Source: a virus
Taxonomy: Duplodnaviria; Caudoviricetes
Virus record (IMG/VR): IMGVR_UViG_3300025437_000009
Length of the DNA: 64,000 nt
Strand: one strand, 5' to 3'
Below are positions 1-8,988 of the stretch, piece after piece. Position 1 is the stretch's first letter. Each line of letters starts with the position of its first letter. A program made the translations under genes and the position numbers. Under the pieces are notes generated by a model. The model did not search any database. It was not told the origin of the DNA and was given only the letters and a program-made list of their open reading frames with translations.

Positions 1-2
1 CT

Positions 3-1400
3 TTCTACAATATCTTCAAAGTATTCGCCACCGGGACCTGAGCTACGCATCATAGCAGGATGTTCCCCAAGATCAAATCTACGATTAGCTTCTTGTACTG
101 CGGTTAAGTGTTGATAAACATTATGTCCCATCAATAGTGCATAACTGAAACTATCCCAACTGGTCTTACCCCATTTGCCATTCTTATTCATGTCAGGCAG
201 TACATCATACATGTCAGGGTCTTTAAAGTTTTCTTCGGTGAGTGTAACACCTGCTTTAGGAACACCTGGTTTATAGATACAGATGTCTTTCATAGTTAAT
301 AAATCACTAACAGGTGATTCTTGCCAAACATCATAGATTTTGTCTTGTATTACCCCATCTGACCATTTACGTGTGTCTGTAGCATACTTTTTATCATCTG
401 CTGATGGTGCCATGCGATACGACCATTTGCCGTTGTTAGGGAATGTATTTTCGTGATAAACCTGTCCGTTAGCAGTTGCTAAGAAAGGACTAGCACAGTC
501 AAAACTAATTGTAAAATTAGGATTGACATGACGGCGCACAGCACGTTGAATAACAGTAAGTAGTACTGCCCACTCTAATTTACTTGTACCTAGGAAGTGC
601 ATCCAATCGTGAACGCCTTCTTGTAGTAAGTTATCATAACGTAGGGACACTAAACGACGCAGGACCAAGTGTACATCACACATGTTCTGACCACCCATGG
701 CCCAACCATCAAAGTGCGTATCTGGATATTTCACAGGATCGCAGTAGTCCTTCATAATGTCATACCAGCGATCAGCGTCGGGATGATTACTGCCCTGTAG
801 AACATTTAAGAATCTTGTACCGCCATTCTTAACACCCTTACGATGTTTCATAAAGTATTCGTTATTGTATTTGGTAGCTTCAACTGCTTGCGTTAGTGTG
901 CGAATACCACACTTAGCACTGGCTTCTTTATCGTGGATTACCCAACTTGGGATATCCAAAATCATTCCATAGTCAGCAACACCATCTAACCATTTGAGTA
1001 CAGCATCGCGCTTGGCCTGTGCTTTGGGACAACCTGAGTTGGCTTTCCAATCACCTTCCCATAGGCCTTTACCAATTTGGAACCCACCAGAGTCACCTAA
1101 GATCAGTGTGTTAGGATCTCGATTACGAACCATGTCTTCGCACCAATCTTGTTTATTCAGGTCGAGGTTTGCGTGGCCACCGGAGTAAAGCGACCACTTA
1201 TAAGGAAACAAACCTTTATTAGCATCAAGCCAATTAAGTTGTTCCATATCTGTTAAGCCCTGCGGGAAACGTGCAGGATCTACATAAGGACCATTTATAG
1301 GGTCACGTTGCTTACCTATAAATGTAGCATAGAAACCACTAATAGCCGGAAGAAACACAGCATAGTCGTTTTGTTTAGCGGTTAAGTTGTCTTGCGTCAT
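3..1400 (-). CDS. dpdA: TGT/DpdA-like guanine transglycosylase (partial, runs off the window start; not in ORF track)
   Basis: Hand translation from ATG 1400 (MTQDNLTAKQNDYAVFLPAISG...) stays open to the window edge. TGT-fold motifs occur in order: GDSGGFQ, LNVLQG, GWAMGG, HFLG, SFDCASP, GHN. It sits in the replication operon. Confidence 0.75.
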   Translation of the reverse strand, partial: MTQDNLTAKQNDYAVFLPAISGFYATFIGKQRDPINGPYVDPARFPQGLTDMEQLNWLDANKGLFPYKWSLYSGGHANLDLNKQDWCEDMVRNRDPNTLILGDSGGFQIGKGLWEGDWKANSGCPKAQAKRDAVLKWLDGVADYGMILDIPSWVIHDKEASAKCGIRTLTQAVEATKYNNEYFMKHRKGVKNGGTRFLNVLQGSNHPDADRWYDIMKDYCDPVKYPDTHFDGWAMGGQNMCDVHLVLRRLVSLRYDNLLQEGVHDWMHFLGTSKLEWAVLLTVIQRAVRRHVNPNFTISFDCASPFLATANGQVYHENTFPNNGKWSYRMAPSADDKKYATDTRKWSDGVIQDKIYDVWQESPVSDLLTMKDICIYKPGVPKAGVTLTEENFKDPDMYDVLPDMNKNGKWGKTSWDSFSYALLMGHNVYQHLTAVQEANRRFDLGEHPAMMRSSGPGGEYFEDIVE

Positions 1401-1410
1401 ATTAATAATG

Positions 1411-2043
1411 TTATCCAGCAAAGAAGTTTACTGACTCAATAAGATCATAATCTTTAGTGTAATGCTGTTTGATCTTATTGAGGTATTTAGGGTTGTCTAA
1501 TAATGTAGAAAATATTTTTTTAAATGTTGCACGTCGGGTATCGCCATCTTCTCGATTTTCTGTAGTGTGCTGGTAATTATAACTGGCATATTTGTTTGGT
1601 ATTCCTTGATTTCTAAGGAACTGTTGAAAATATAATCTATAATCCAAATTACAGTAGAAAAAAGTTGTGCGAGTTGGATCAAGTCCTTCTATAAAATATA
1701 TCTGTTTTTCTGTATGGTCATCGAATGTCACTTGATCCATTATTAAATCAAAAAATGCTTGATTAAATTGCGTTGTGTCGATATCTCTATGATACAATGT
1801 AAAATATTCACATACGCCACTTAACCAACGTTCCACGGGATCTCGTAGCACCACCATGGCATGTTTATGATATAAATGATCCCAGTGGTAGTTGTAAAAC
1901 TCCCAGCCGAGATCTTTTAAGTTGGGCTTAGTCCATGAGCTAGCGCATTTGGGAATGTTAACATACATAAGGTCACTATCTGGCTTGCTCATGCAAGTAC
2001 CAAACGTATGACCTTTAGGTTCCCAATGTTGATGAAATAGCAT
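1411..2043 (-). CDS. sulfotransferase family protein (Sulfotransfer_2-like)
   Basis: PAPS-binding motifs IPKCASSW (5'-PSB) and LRDPVERWLSG (3'-PB). Confidence 0.75.
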   Translation of the reverse strand: MLFHQHWEPKGHTFGTCMSKPDSDLMYVNIPKCASSWTKPNLKDLGWEFYNYHWDHLYHKHAMVVLRDPVERWLSGVCEYFTLYHRDIDTTQFNQAFFDLIMDQVTFDDHTEKQIYFIEGLDPTRTTFFYCNLDYRLYFQQFLRNQGIPNKYASYNYQHTTENREDGDTRRATFKKIFSTLLDNPKYLNKIKQHYTKDYDLIESVNFFAG

Positions 2044-2777
2044 TACTTAGTTTGTGCTGGTAACATATAGTGATATACAGCTAGACCAGAGTCTACAGTA
2101 ATACAAGCAACACCTTCATCACTGATCTTAAATGTTTTATCTCCAGGTAAACTCAAAATGCTGTTAACAACTGACACAGGCCAATTTAACTGTTTAGTCA
2201 GTGTACCTGAAGTTGTGGCAAATGTAAATGATCCTGCATGTGACGAATGATCACCAAAGAAAAACTTTAGTTCGCCGTTTTCTGTGCGGCTAGAAAATAC
2301 AGTAGCATCTGAGTGTGCTTGGCTTTGGAATTTAAGTTTTTGAATACTTAGTGCAGTTGGCACTACTTCAACAGCCCACTTAACCTGTTTCATTTTAACA
2401 TTCTTAAGTTGGTCATTGATAACAGCAGTACTCATAAAACGATAATCGTTTTTAAAGTCACCAGATTCGTTTACAAAACTAATACCACTTGGCACATCTG
2501 TACCATCGCTGTCTTTTTGTGTGCTAACAGTAATTTTAGCATTATCCTTATACACTGGCAAGTTAAGAATTGTATTCAAACGATCTAAATTTGGCATACC
2601 AAATACACCGACAAATTCAGCAACAGGTGCTTTAAAGTCAGCATTTAGTACTACGGTTTTAGTAGCTTGGTCAAAGGCATTGATCGAAGTACTGGTTTTA
2701 TCGCCAGTGATCTTGATCATATTAATAACACCCAAGCCATAGGTGTGTTGTACAATATCTTTTAAATAGTCAATCAT
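2043..2777 (-). CDS. probable DNA sliding clamp (gp45/PCNA-like)
   Basis: 244 aa, typical clamp size. Located near PolB, with a clamp loader elsewhere in the window. FGMPNLDRLNTIL resembles the gp45 pattern, and the C-terminal strand is YHYMLP. Confidence 0.55.
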   Translation of the reverse strand: MIDYLKDIVQHTYGLGVINMIKITGDKTSTSINAFDQATKTVVLNADFKAPVAEFVGVFGMPNLDRLNTILNLPVYKDNAKITVSTQKDSDGTDVPSGISFVNESGDFKNDYRFMSTAVINDQLKNVKMKQVKWAVEVVPTALSIQKLKFQSQAHSDATVFSSRTENGELKFFFGDHSSHAGSFTFATTSGTLTKQLNWPVSVVNSILSLPGDKTFKISDEGVACITVDSGLAVYHYMLPAQTK

Positions 2778-2825
2778 TTATATTCTCCATAAGTGTAGTA
2801 AGTTTAAAGTAATATTTAGAAAAAG

Positions 2826-3761
2826 TCAAACGGTAATTCTTTTTATTTCGCCCAATACCTGATGGGCTTTAACTGTTTCAAGTGTGCCGGGTTTGGCAAT
2901 CTCAATCCAGGTAATAGTTTCAAAATCAAATTCTTTAGTGATATTGTAGCCCAGACTTTCGCACAGGGGAATCAATAAAGATTTTGGCATATAGCTTTGA
3001 GCAAAGTTTTCGGCCATACCTGCACCAACGGGCGTATCACCATCATTATAGCTGAACATAAATGTACCACCCGGTCTCAATAGATCAAATACTTGACGCA
3101 GATACAATTTCATAGTATCAAGACTTACATAGTTAAAATAACCCCAACTAAAAATAAAAGCCATTTGACCCTGGGGAAGTGCTGATAGAATATGATTATT
3201 CAGGGGATACTTGCGTAAACGATTTTGATAAGATTCAGGAAATCTATTATTGGTACTGTCTAAAAACTCTGCGTGACGATCTACAATATATAGTGGATCA
3301 GCAGCAACCATGTGTTGTGTCCATTCACCGTCACGGCATCCGATTTCTAATGCAGGATATTTCCAATTGCTGTATAAAAGAATACGTTGCTTGACAATTT
3401 CTTCTACATCGGAACGCACAAAAATTCTGCGACTATTTCTCACATAATCAACAGTACCATAGCGTTCTTCTAGTTCGTAATTGTTAGCAAAAAGAGTGCG
3501 TGTTATACTAGTGATCTCTTGATCGATATCAGCTAGTCGAGCTGTTGCATCATCCACTGGTGCATTGACTTGATCAATTAACTGATCATAAGTGTCTACT
3601 AAACTATCAATATAGTTACTATATTCTTCGCTTAGGACAGGAACCTGAAGTTTGATGTTAGATAGTCGAGATCTTAGGCTAAACAGTTCGTTGACAACTG
3701 AATCTGTTGTTAGATTCTGTTTTAGTGCTTTTCGAAGTAGTACAAGATCGTGTAGATGCAT
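2826..3761 (-). CDS. class I SAM-dependent methyltransferase with N-terminal coiled coil
   Basis: Motifs ALEIGCRDG and LLRPGG. Likely start ATG 3761, just after the PolB stop. Confidence 0.75.
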   Translation of the reverse strand: MHLHDLVLLRKALKQNLTTDSVVNELFSLRSRLSNIKLQVPVLSEEYSNYIDSLVDTYDQLIDQVNAPVDDATARLADIDQEITSITRTLFANNYELEERYGTVDYVRNSRRIFVRSDVEEIVKQRILLYSNWKYPALEIGCRDGEWTQHMVAADPLYIVDRHAEFLDSTNNRFPESYQNRLRKYPLNNHILSALPQGQMAFIFSWGYFNYVSLDTMKLYLRQVFDLLRPGGTFMFSYNDGDTPVGAGMAENFAQSYMPKSLLIPLCESLGYNITKEFDFETITWIEIAKPGTLETVKAHQVLGEIKRITV

Positions 3762-3762
3762 T

Positions 3763-6423
3763 TTATTCGAACGTAAACAAATCGTCAAAGGTTGTTTTAA
3801 TATCTGTACTTTCAGCAATACGCCACTCTAGTACACCCAACAAGTTTTCTACCTTTTGATCTACAATAGTTGATTCCATAGTTGAATCATCAAATGGTAA
3901 CTCTTTAAACCACGCAGGAATATGTGTTTCATCTGTGGGATAGCCTACACTAGTAAGTCCCAGTGGATTATCCTTTAGCTTACATACAATAGTTTTCATA
4001 CCATCAACAATGGCAGTACTATAGTTGTCGCCATGCATCTTTTTAAGACGATTCCAGTTCATTGCAGCACGAACGTGTCCTGGCATGTTAGCTTTGCCTA
4101 GACGTTCTTCTTCTGCCGTATATTTTGTTAAGTTATTAACACGTTTAGGTGTGCCTTTTTCCCAAGCTGGTCGATCAGCAAATTTAAGTTTAAACTCGCG
4201 AACCTTTTCAATAACACTTTCCTGCGTTGCGCCGGTTAATACGTCCATTAACAAATCACTTAAGAAGTCCTGCACTACCTTAGGAGTATCTGAACGCTTA
4301 AGGTCTAAGCCCATGGCCTTCATCTTACCTGGCTTGCCGTGTGTGTCTAAGCGCACACCTTCCATGTCGTAGATTAGTACACCATAGCGTTTCTTCTTGA
4401 TGAATAGTCCCTTTGATGCAACCATTTCACGACCGCCTTTGATGATTGAACCCATCTCTCTAGGGCAATGGCAAGCACGTTCCATAAACCCTGGGAAGCT
4501 ATCATTTACTGAATCGGCAATGGTATCATATAACTGTACACAGATTTCTCTGTTCCACTCCATGCGTCCTGATTCTACTTCCTCTTTGATTTGCGGCCAG
4601 GCTGAGAAATAGACCGAGTCCGTGTCTCCGTATATGACCGCTTTACCCACGTGGTCGTACTCACCGGTGATAGCTTCGTTGACATGCGAGTCCATGTGTT
4701 TGGCAATGATACGACCCGTAAGTGTCGTACTTTGGCCAATGCGCTGGTCAAAGAAGCGACAGCCCGGATTGAGGATCGCCCCGTAAAGCGAGTTGAGGTT
4801 AATTTTTTTGACAAGTTGCCTTTTGTCCCAGAACGCTGTGTCTTCCGGAGTTTCTGCGGCTTTCTTTTTAGCTTGCATTTCTTTTCGTTCAGCATACCAT
4901 CTCTCCAATAATCCAGGAATAATACCTTTCATATCATATTTAAATATTGTTCCGTTAGCACTGAATGTCCAAGGTTGATTACTATCAAATACCAATCGCC
5001 ACACATCTGCGGCTGACATTACATCACTGGAACCATCTTCCCAGTCTATGGTAATCTCTGTGCCTTGGTCCATGTTCATCACTGCTTGATACTCTAAGCT
5101 ACCAAACATGTTTTCCCAAGCATCAGCAAAACTACTACCACTGGCCATCTTTTCCTTGATGTAGTGATCAGTCATTACCGGACGTAACTGTCCTACGATT
5201 GTTTCTGGACCCATGTTAAGAGCACGGATCGCTGATGGGTAGAGCGAGTTGATGTCAATGGCGCCGATGTATTCGTGCATACCTTTTTTGGGATAAGCAA
5301 CATAGGCACCTGCGGCTTGCGTGTTTCCTTGGTCATCTCTAGATCTCCTGTTAGGCACAACCATGTTACGGCTGTGTGCTTCATTAATAATAGCTTGTTC
5401 GGTTACGGCTACAGCACCCATAGTTGTTTGTAGCAATACTGTATTATCATGTGCAAGTTCATTGGCCAAGTCTAAGAAACGTAATTTCTTATCTAGTTTG
5501 GCCAACAACATAGTATCTTGACGATTATAGTCAATGAACTTAGGAAAATCTCGATTGTATAGTTGATCTAGGGTACCATCGTATGCAACCTTAGATCCAA
5601 CTTCTTCATATTCGCCAATAGCGTCTAATGAATAGCTATGGCGTTCTTCATAGGTATACTTACGATACAGTTGCATGTAATCTAAGTGTACCCGACCCAA
5701 CAAATCAAATGTTAAGTTTTCTGCTCCAAAACGTTCGAATGTACGTTGCTTGGGCATCTGTCCCCATAGGCATAGTCTACGTGTGTCATCTTTTGATAGC
5801 ACACGAGTAATACGCATAACGGTATATGGGATATCAAAACCTTCACTATTCCAACCTGACAAAATATCTGCGTCTTGGATTAAGTCTAGGAACGTGTTGA
5901 GCATGTCTTCTTCACGTTCAAACAAGTAACAGTCTGTGAACTGATTGCAAATTTCTTGTGCGGTTTCCCATGAATAGCTCTTAGGCGGAACTACTAAGGT
6001 AACTAACTTATCCATCCAGTCTAGATAAACTGATATGCTAGTAATAGGATTAAATGGATCTTCAGGTTTAGAGTAGCCACGTACTGGATCAAAGTCGACC
6101 TCAATGTCGAAAAAGGCTGTTTGTAGTTTGGGGGAATCTACACCTAAGTAATTTTCTTCTAGACAACGGAAAATGGGATTAATATCTGATTCCCAAAGGC
6201 CTTTACCAGAATTAATACGTAGTTCTTTGTGGAATTCTTTTGAGTTGCGTGTAGCAAAACGTGTTACAGGCGTGTCAAAAATAGTGCGGAACTTACCGCG
6301 AGGGTCATCGTAATAGAATACATAGTTAGCTGGATATTCGCGATATACACGTTCTCCATTTACACGTTCTACTACATGAATGCGATCTTTGTCGCGATCA
6401 AATAATGCGTCAATATAACTCAT
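3763..6423 (-). CDS. polB: family B DNA polymerase (gp43-like)
   Basis: Exo motifs DIEVD, WNSEGFDIPY, YNRQD. Pol motifs DINSLYPS, KINLNSLYG, YGDTDS. Confidence 0.97.
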   Translation of the reverse strand: MSYIDALFDRDKDRIHVVERVNGERVYREYPANYVFYYDDPRGKFRTIFDTPVTRFATRNSKEFHKELRINSGKGLWESDINPIFRCLEENYLGVDSPKLQTAFFDIEVDFDPVRGYSKPEDPFNPITSISVYLDWMDKLVTLVVPPKSYSWETAQEICNQFTDCYLFEREEDMLNTFLDLIQDADILSGWNSEGFDIPYTVMRITRVLSKDDTRRLCLWGQMPKQRTFERFGAENLTFDLLGRVHLDYMQLYRKYTYEERHSYSLDAIGEYEEVGSKVAYDGTLDQLYNRDFPKFIDYNRQDTMLLAKLDKKLRFLDLANELAHDNTVLLQTTMGAVAVTEQAIINEAHSRNMVVPNRRSRDDQGNTQAAGAYVAYPKKGMHEYIGAIDINSLYPSAIRALNMGPETIVGQLRPVMTDHYIKEKMASGSSFADAWENMFGSLEYQAVMNMDQGTEITIDWEDGSSDVMSAADVWRLVFDSNQPWTFSANGTIFKYDMKGIIPGLLERWYAERKEMQAKKKAAETPEDTAFWDKRQLVKKINLNSLYGAILNPGCRFFDQRIGQSTTLTGRIIAKHMDSHVNEAITGEYDHVGKAVIYGDTDSVYFSAWPQIKEEVESGRMEWNREICVQLYDTIADSVNDSFPGFMERACHCPREMGSIIKGGREMVASKGLFIKKKRYGVLIYDMEGVRLDTHGKPGKMKAMGLDLKRSDTPKVVQDFLSDLLMDVLTGATQESVIEKVREFKLKFADRPAWEKGTPKRVNNLTKYTAEEERLGKANMPGHVRAAMNWNRLKKMHGDNYSTAIVDGMKTIVCKLKDNPLGLTSVGYPTDETHIPAWFKELPFDDSTMESTIVDQKVENLLGVLEWRIAESTDIKTTFDDLFTFE

Positions 6424-6427
6424 AAAT

Positions 6428-6497
6428 CTCCAATGTGTAATTTCGAGCTTACACTCACTCTACATGCTGATTAAGTCAGCGACTCTATTAATATTTA
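6428..6497 (-). promoter_or_regulatory. polB leader: TAAATA promoter, two hairpins and GGAG SD
   Basis: TAAATA at 6492-6497. Stems 6466-6470/6476-6480 and 6435-6440/6449-6454 (8-nt loop), the latter 3 nt from the SD at 6428-6431. Confidence 0.55.
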
Positions 6498-6527
6498 CTC
6501 CTAACAGTATAGCAGTTAAATATTAGT

Positions 6528-7184
6528 ATGTCAAACATTTCACGACTCATTTCTTTTGGTTCTAGTCCTATAGCTGGCTTTGATCTTCCTGTGGCAAATT
6601 CATCATTTGCAAATATTATAGCACAACGATTGGGTTTAAGCTACCTTTGTCTTGCTAAAGCAATAGCATCAAATACCAAAATTGTTCGCAAGATTGTAAC
6701 CTATGATGGCTATGCCAACGATGCTGTAATAGTCATGTGGACCAGCGTAAATCGATATGAGTTTAAAACCATGCAAGGCTGGCGCAACTATGCACAAATG
6801 GACGCTGACAAGTCTGGGTCAAATTTTATAAAAGAATGGTTTGCGGGACCAGCTAGTTTAGAATACACAGAACTGTTTACTAGTCTTAAAGAGATTCTGT
6901 TGGCACAACAATTTTTAGAATCTCGATCGATACCTTATGTATTTTTAATTGACAATGATCAAATACCTGCGAGTCGTACTTTTAATTCCGATGATTTGTA
7001 CATCAATAATTTAAAAGGTATGATTAACTGGGATAAGTTTTTGACCTTCGACAATCAAGGATTCATGCCCTGGGCGAGATCTAAAGGATTTGAATTTACA
7101 TCAACCTCAAGTCCCCACCCAAGCACAGATGCACATCAGGCCGCGGCTGAATATGTTCTTGCTAGTGGGAAAGTAACATTCTAG
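6528..7184 (+). CDS. SGNH/GDSL-like hydrolase-fold protein
   Basis: N-terminal LISFGSS and C-terminal HPSTDAH. TAAATA at 6517-6522 lies 5 nt before the ATG (near-leaderless). Confidence 0.5.
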   Translation: MSNISRLISFGSSPIAGFDLPVANSSFANIIAQRLGLSYLCLAKAIASNTKIVRKIVTYDGYANDAVIVMWTSVNRYEFKTMQGWRNYAQMDADKSGSNFIKEWFAGPASLEYTELFTSLKEILLAQQFLESRSIPYVFLIDNDQIPASRTFNSDDLYINNLKGMINWDKFLTFDNQGFMPWARSKGFEFTSTSSPHPSTDAHQAAAEYVLASGKVTF

Positions 7185-7455
7185 CTAGGCCCACGCTGTC
7201 TATAGTTACTAAGAAAGCATAGTTAGCCAGTAGGCCAAAGCTACCGCGTGTATAACAGGTCCAGGCCGCGGCACAACACCCACTGATAAAAATTGAGTAT
7301 AACGGAATAACTGGAACTGTGGGAACAGTAGCAGCAAAAATAATAGCACTGATAACGCTACAGGCCCAGCTGAATAACTCAGCGCAGAAACGCAGGGGAT
7401 ATTCCCGAAAGTCTCTGCGTATATATTCAATAGTTCCGTTAAAGATTTCTATCAA
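7162..7455 (-). CDS. small membrane protein
   Basis: Three hydrophobic segments; coupled to the upstream gene. Confidence 0.6.
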   Translation of the reverse strand: MIEIFNGTIEYIRRDFREYPLRFCAELFSWACSVISAIIFAATVPTVPVIPLYSIFISGCCAAAWTCYTRGSFGLLANYAFLVTIDSVGLARMLLSH

Positions 7456-7712
7456 AGTGTTTTACCTACTGTTTCGAGAATTGTATTCAATTCATCGTGG
7501 TCTTGATTAGTTTCACCTAGCTTAGATTTTTGTGCAATCTTAATAGCTTTTTTAAGAATAGCTGGTTTGATTTCCATTTCTTCAGCAATGGCTTTTACTG
7601 TATCGTTAAGTCCTGCATTAAGGTCTTCAATTTCTTGAAGTACTGCCATACCTTCGTTGATAATTTGAGTTAGTTTTAGTTTTTGCTCATTGCTAAACAT
7701 ACGTGCTGACAT
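7452..7712 (-). CDS. dsDNA-binding protein (T4 DsbA/GapR-like)
   Basis: 86 aa helical protein with AIAEEMEIKPAILKKAIKIA; preceded by an SD and promoter-like elements. Confidence 0.6.
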   Translation of the reverse strand: MSARMFSNEQKLKLTQIINEGMAVLQEIEDLNAGLNDTVKAIAEEMEIKPAILKKAIKIAQKSKLGETNQDHDELNTILETVGKTL

Positions 7713-7785
7713 TGGAATCTCCTTGTTAATTGAATTATTATACAGTATTTAATTGTGTAGAGCAAGAGACTTTTAGAAAAATTGC

Positions 7786-7878
7786 TCACTTTAGAAAGTT
7801 TCGGGCACGACTCCGAAATGGTTCCAGGCCAGCAGCCGGCCACACCGCCGTTACAAGTAACGGGTCCTAAGGGTGTTT
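7786..7878 (-). ncRNA. candidate structured RNA downstream of the nuclease gene
   Basis: GC-rich intergenic tract with stems ACACC/GGTGT, CCGTTAC/GTAACGG, GGCC/GGCC, TTTCGG/CCGAAA. Strand uncertain. Confidence 0.45.
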
Positions 7879-7882
7879 GGTT

Positions 7883-8845
7883 TTATTTTGGTCTTCTTTG
7901 TGTGTAGTCATCCAATGACGAATAAAATTGTGGATCTTTTGCTGTTTGCGGCCAGGTGTTGGTTTTTTGTAAATTACGGTGAGCTGCGTATGAATAAACA
8001 TCCTTTGCAATATTGACATACTGTTGTAAAGTTAAATTGCTTTTTCCTTTGTTAATAATCCAAAGAACCCAAACAACATTTCCTGGTTTATATCCGCCGC
8101 CTGGGTTGATTTGATCAGGACTAGGGCTAGTCCACTCGCCGGCAGCTTTCAAAAACCCTTTTCCTATACTGGCACCAAACGGCAAACCACTGTAAGCACA
8201 ACGTTCCTGCTGTAAGTCGTGAAAAATATACCAGGCTTGCTCGATATCAAATTCTATTCCAGCTTTTTGACGTCCTAACATTCCTTGAATACTTTGTGCC
8301 CAATACTGATGCACGGTACTGTTTGGGTTAAACCCTTTACTTACAATTGATGTAATTTGCTGGTCCCATACCTGTGATGTTGGAATCCTAACAGGTTCCG
8401 TTGCTCCAGGTAACAAACTAGCTACATTTGAAGGGGGCACTTTAGTTGACGCCAACAAAACTTTTTTTAATGTTGAAATATTTCCTAAGACATGTTCGCA
8501 AAGACTTATAAAACTTGCCTGCGGCATATTCATTTTTACTGAATTTACACACCAACGAACAAACTGCACATTGTTGGCGGTATATCCAGCTGCAGGATTG
8601 ATTTGATCGGCACTGATCATGTCCCAGTTGCCGGCTCTCTCAAAACTAAATGGTTTACCTGTTAGAGCACACACTTGGCCTTGTCTTTGGAATATTGCCC
8701 AGGCTTCTTCTAACGACATTTGTGCTTTTTTGCGAAGGGTTGATCGCCAGAAATTTACAAACTGCACGTGTATAGGGTTGTTTGCATCGTACCCAGCAGT
8801 TCTGGCGGTATATGGATTGGCTTCGACAATTTCAAACGTTTTCAT
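7883..8845 (-). CDS. protein with two tandem His-Me/HNH-like nuclease domains
   Basis: Two repeats of CAxxGxPF...SxDQINPxxGYxxxNVxxVxWxxNxxK. N-terminus MKTFEIVEA. Confidence 0.6.
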   Translation of the reverse strand: MKTFEIVEANPYTARTAGYDANNPIHVQFVNFWRSTLRKKAQMSLEEAWAIFQRQGQVCALTGKPFSFERAGNWDMISADQINPAAGYTANNVQFVRWCVNSVKMNMPQASFISLCEHVLGNISTLKKVLLASTKVPPSNVASLLPGATEPVRIPTSQVWDQQITSIVSKGFNPNSTVHQYWAQSIQGMLGRQKAGIEFDIEQAWYIFHDLQQERCAYSGLPFGASIGKGFLKAAGEWTSPSPDQINPGGGYKPGNVVWVLWIINKGKSNLTLQQYVNIAKDVYSYAAHRNLQKTNTWPQTAKDPQFYSSLDDYTQRRPK

Positions 8846-8867
8846 ACTGGTTTCTTATAAATACCTA

Positions 8868-8988
8868 GTGCGGTAACAGTACAGCGTGATGCATCAAAGA
8901 ACCCGAGGATTTCCTGTACTTCCCCTCTGGGCAACAACGAATTGGCAGACGAGCTTTGTAGTGCATCGCCGCACACTTATTTTTTTTT
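8868..8988 (+). ncRNA. candidate pseudoknotted small RNA with its own late promoter
   Basis: TATAAATA at 8856-8863. Stems GTGCGG/CCGCAC, GATGCA/TGCATC, CAAAG/CTTTG, CCC-GAGG/CCTC-GGG, and a 7-bp pseudoknot AGTACAG/CTGTACT. A T-run follows. Confidence 0.55.

Noticed and set aside
4025-5810. Several 60-115 aa ORFs inside polB
   Set aside because: Fully nested in a conserved gene; shadow ORFs.
3763-6423. Possible intein or intron in polB
   Set aside because: Length and motif spacing are normal and there are no splicing motifs.
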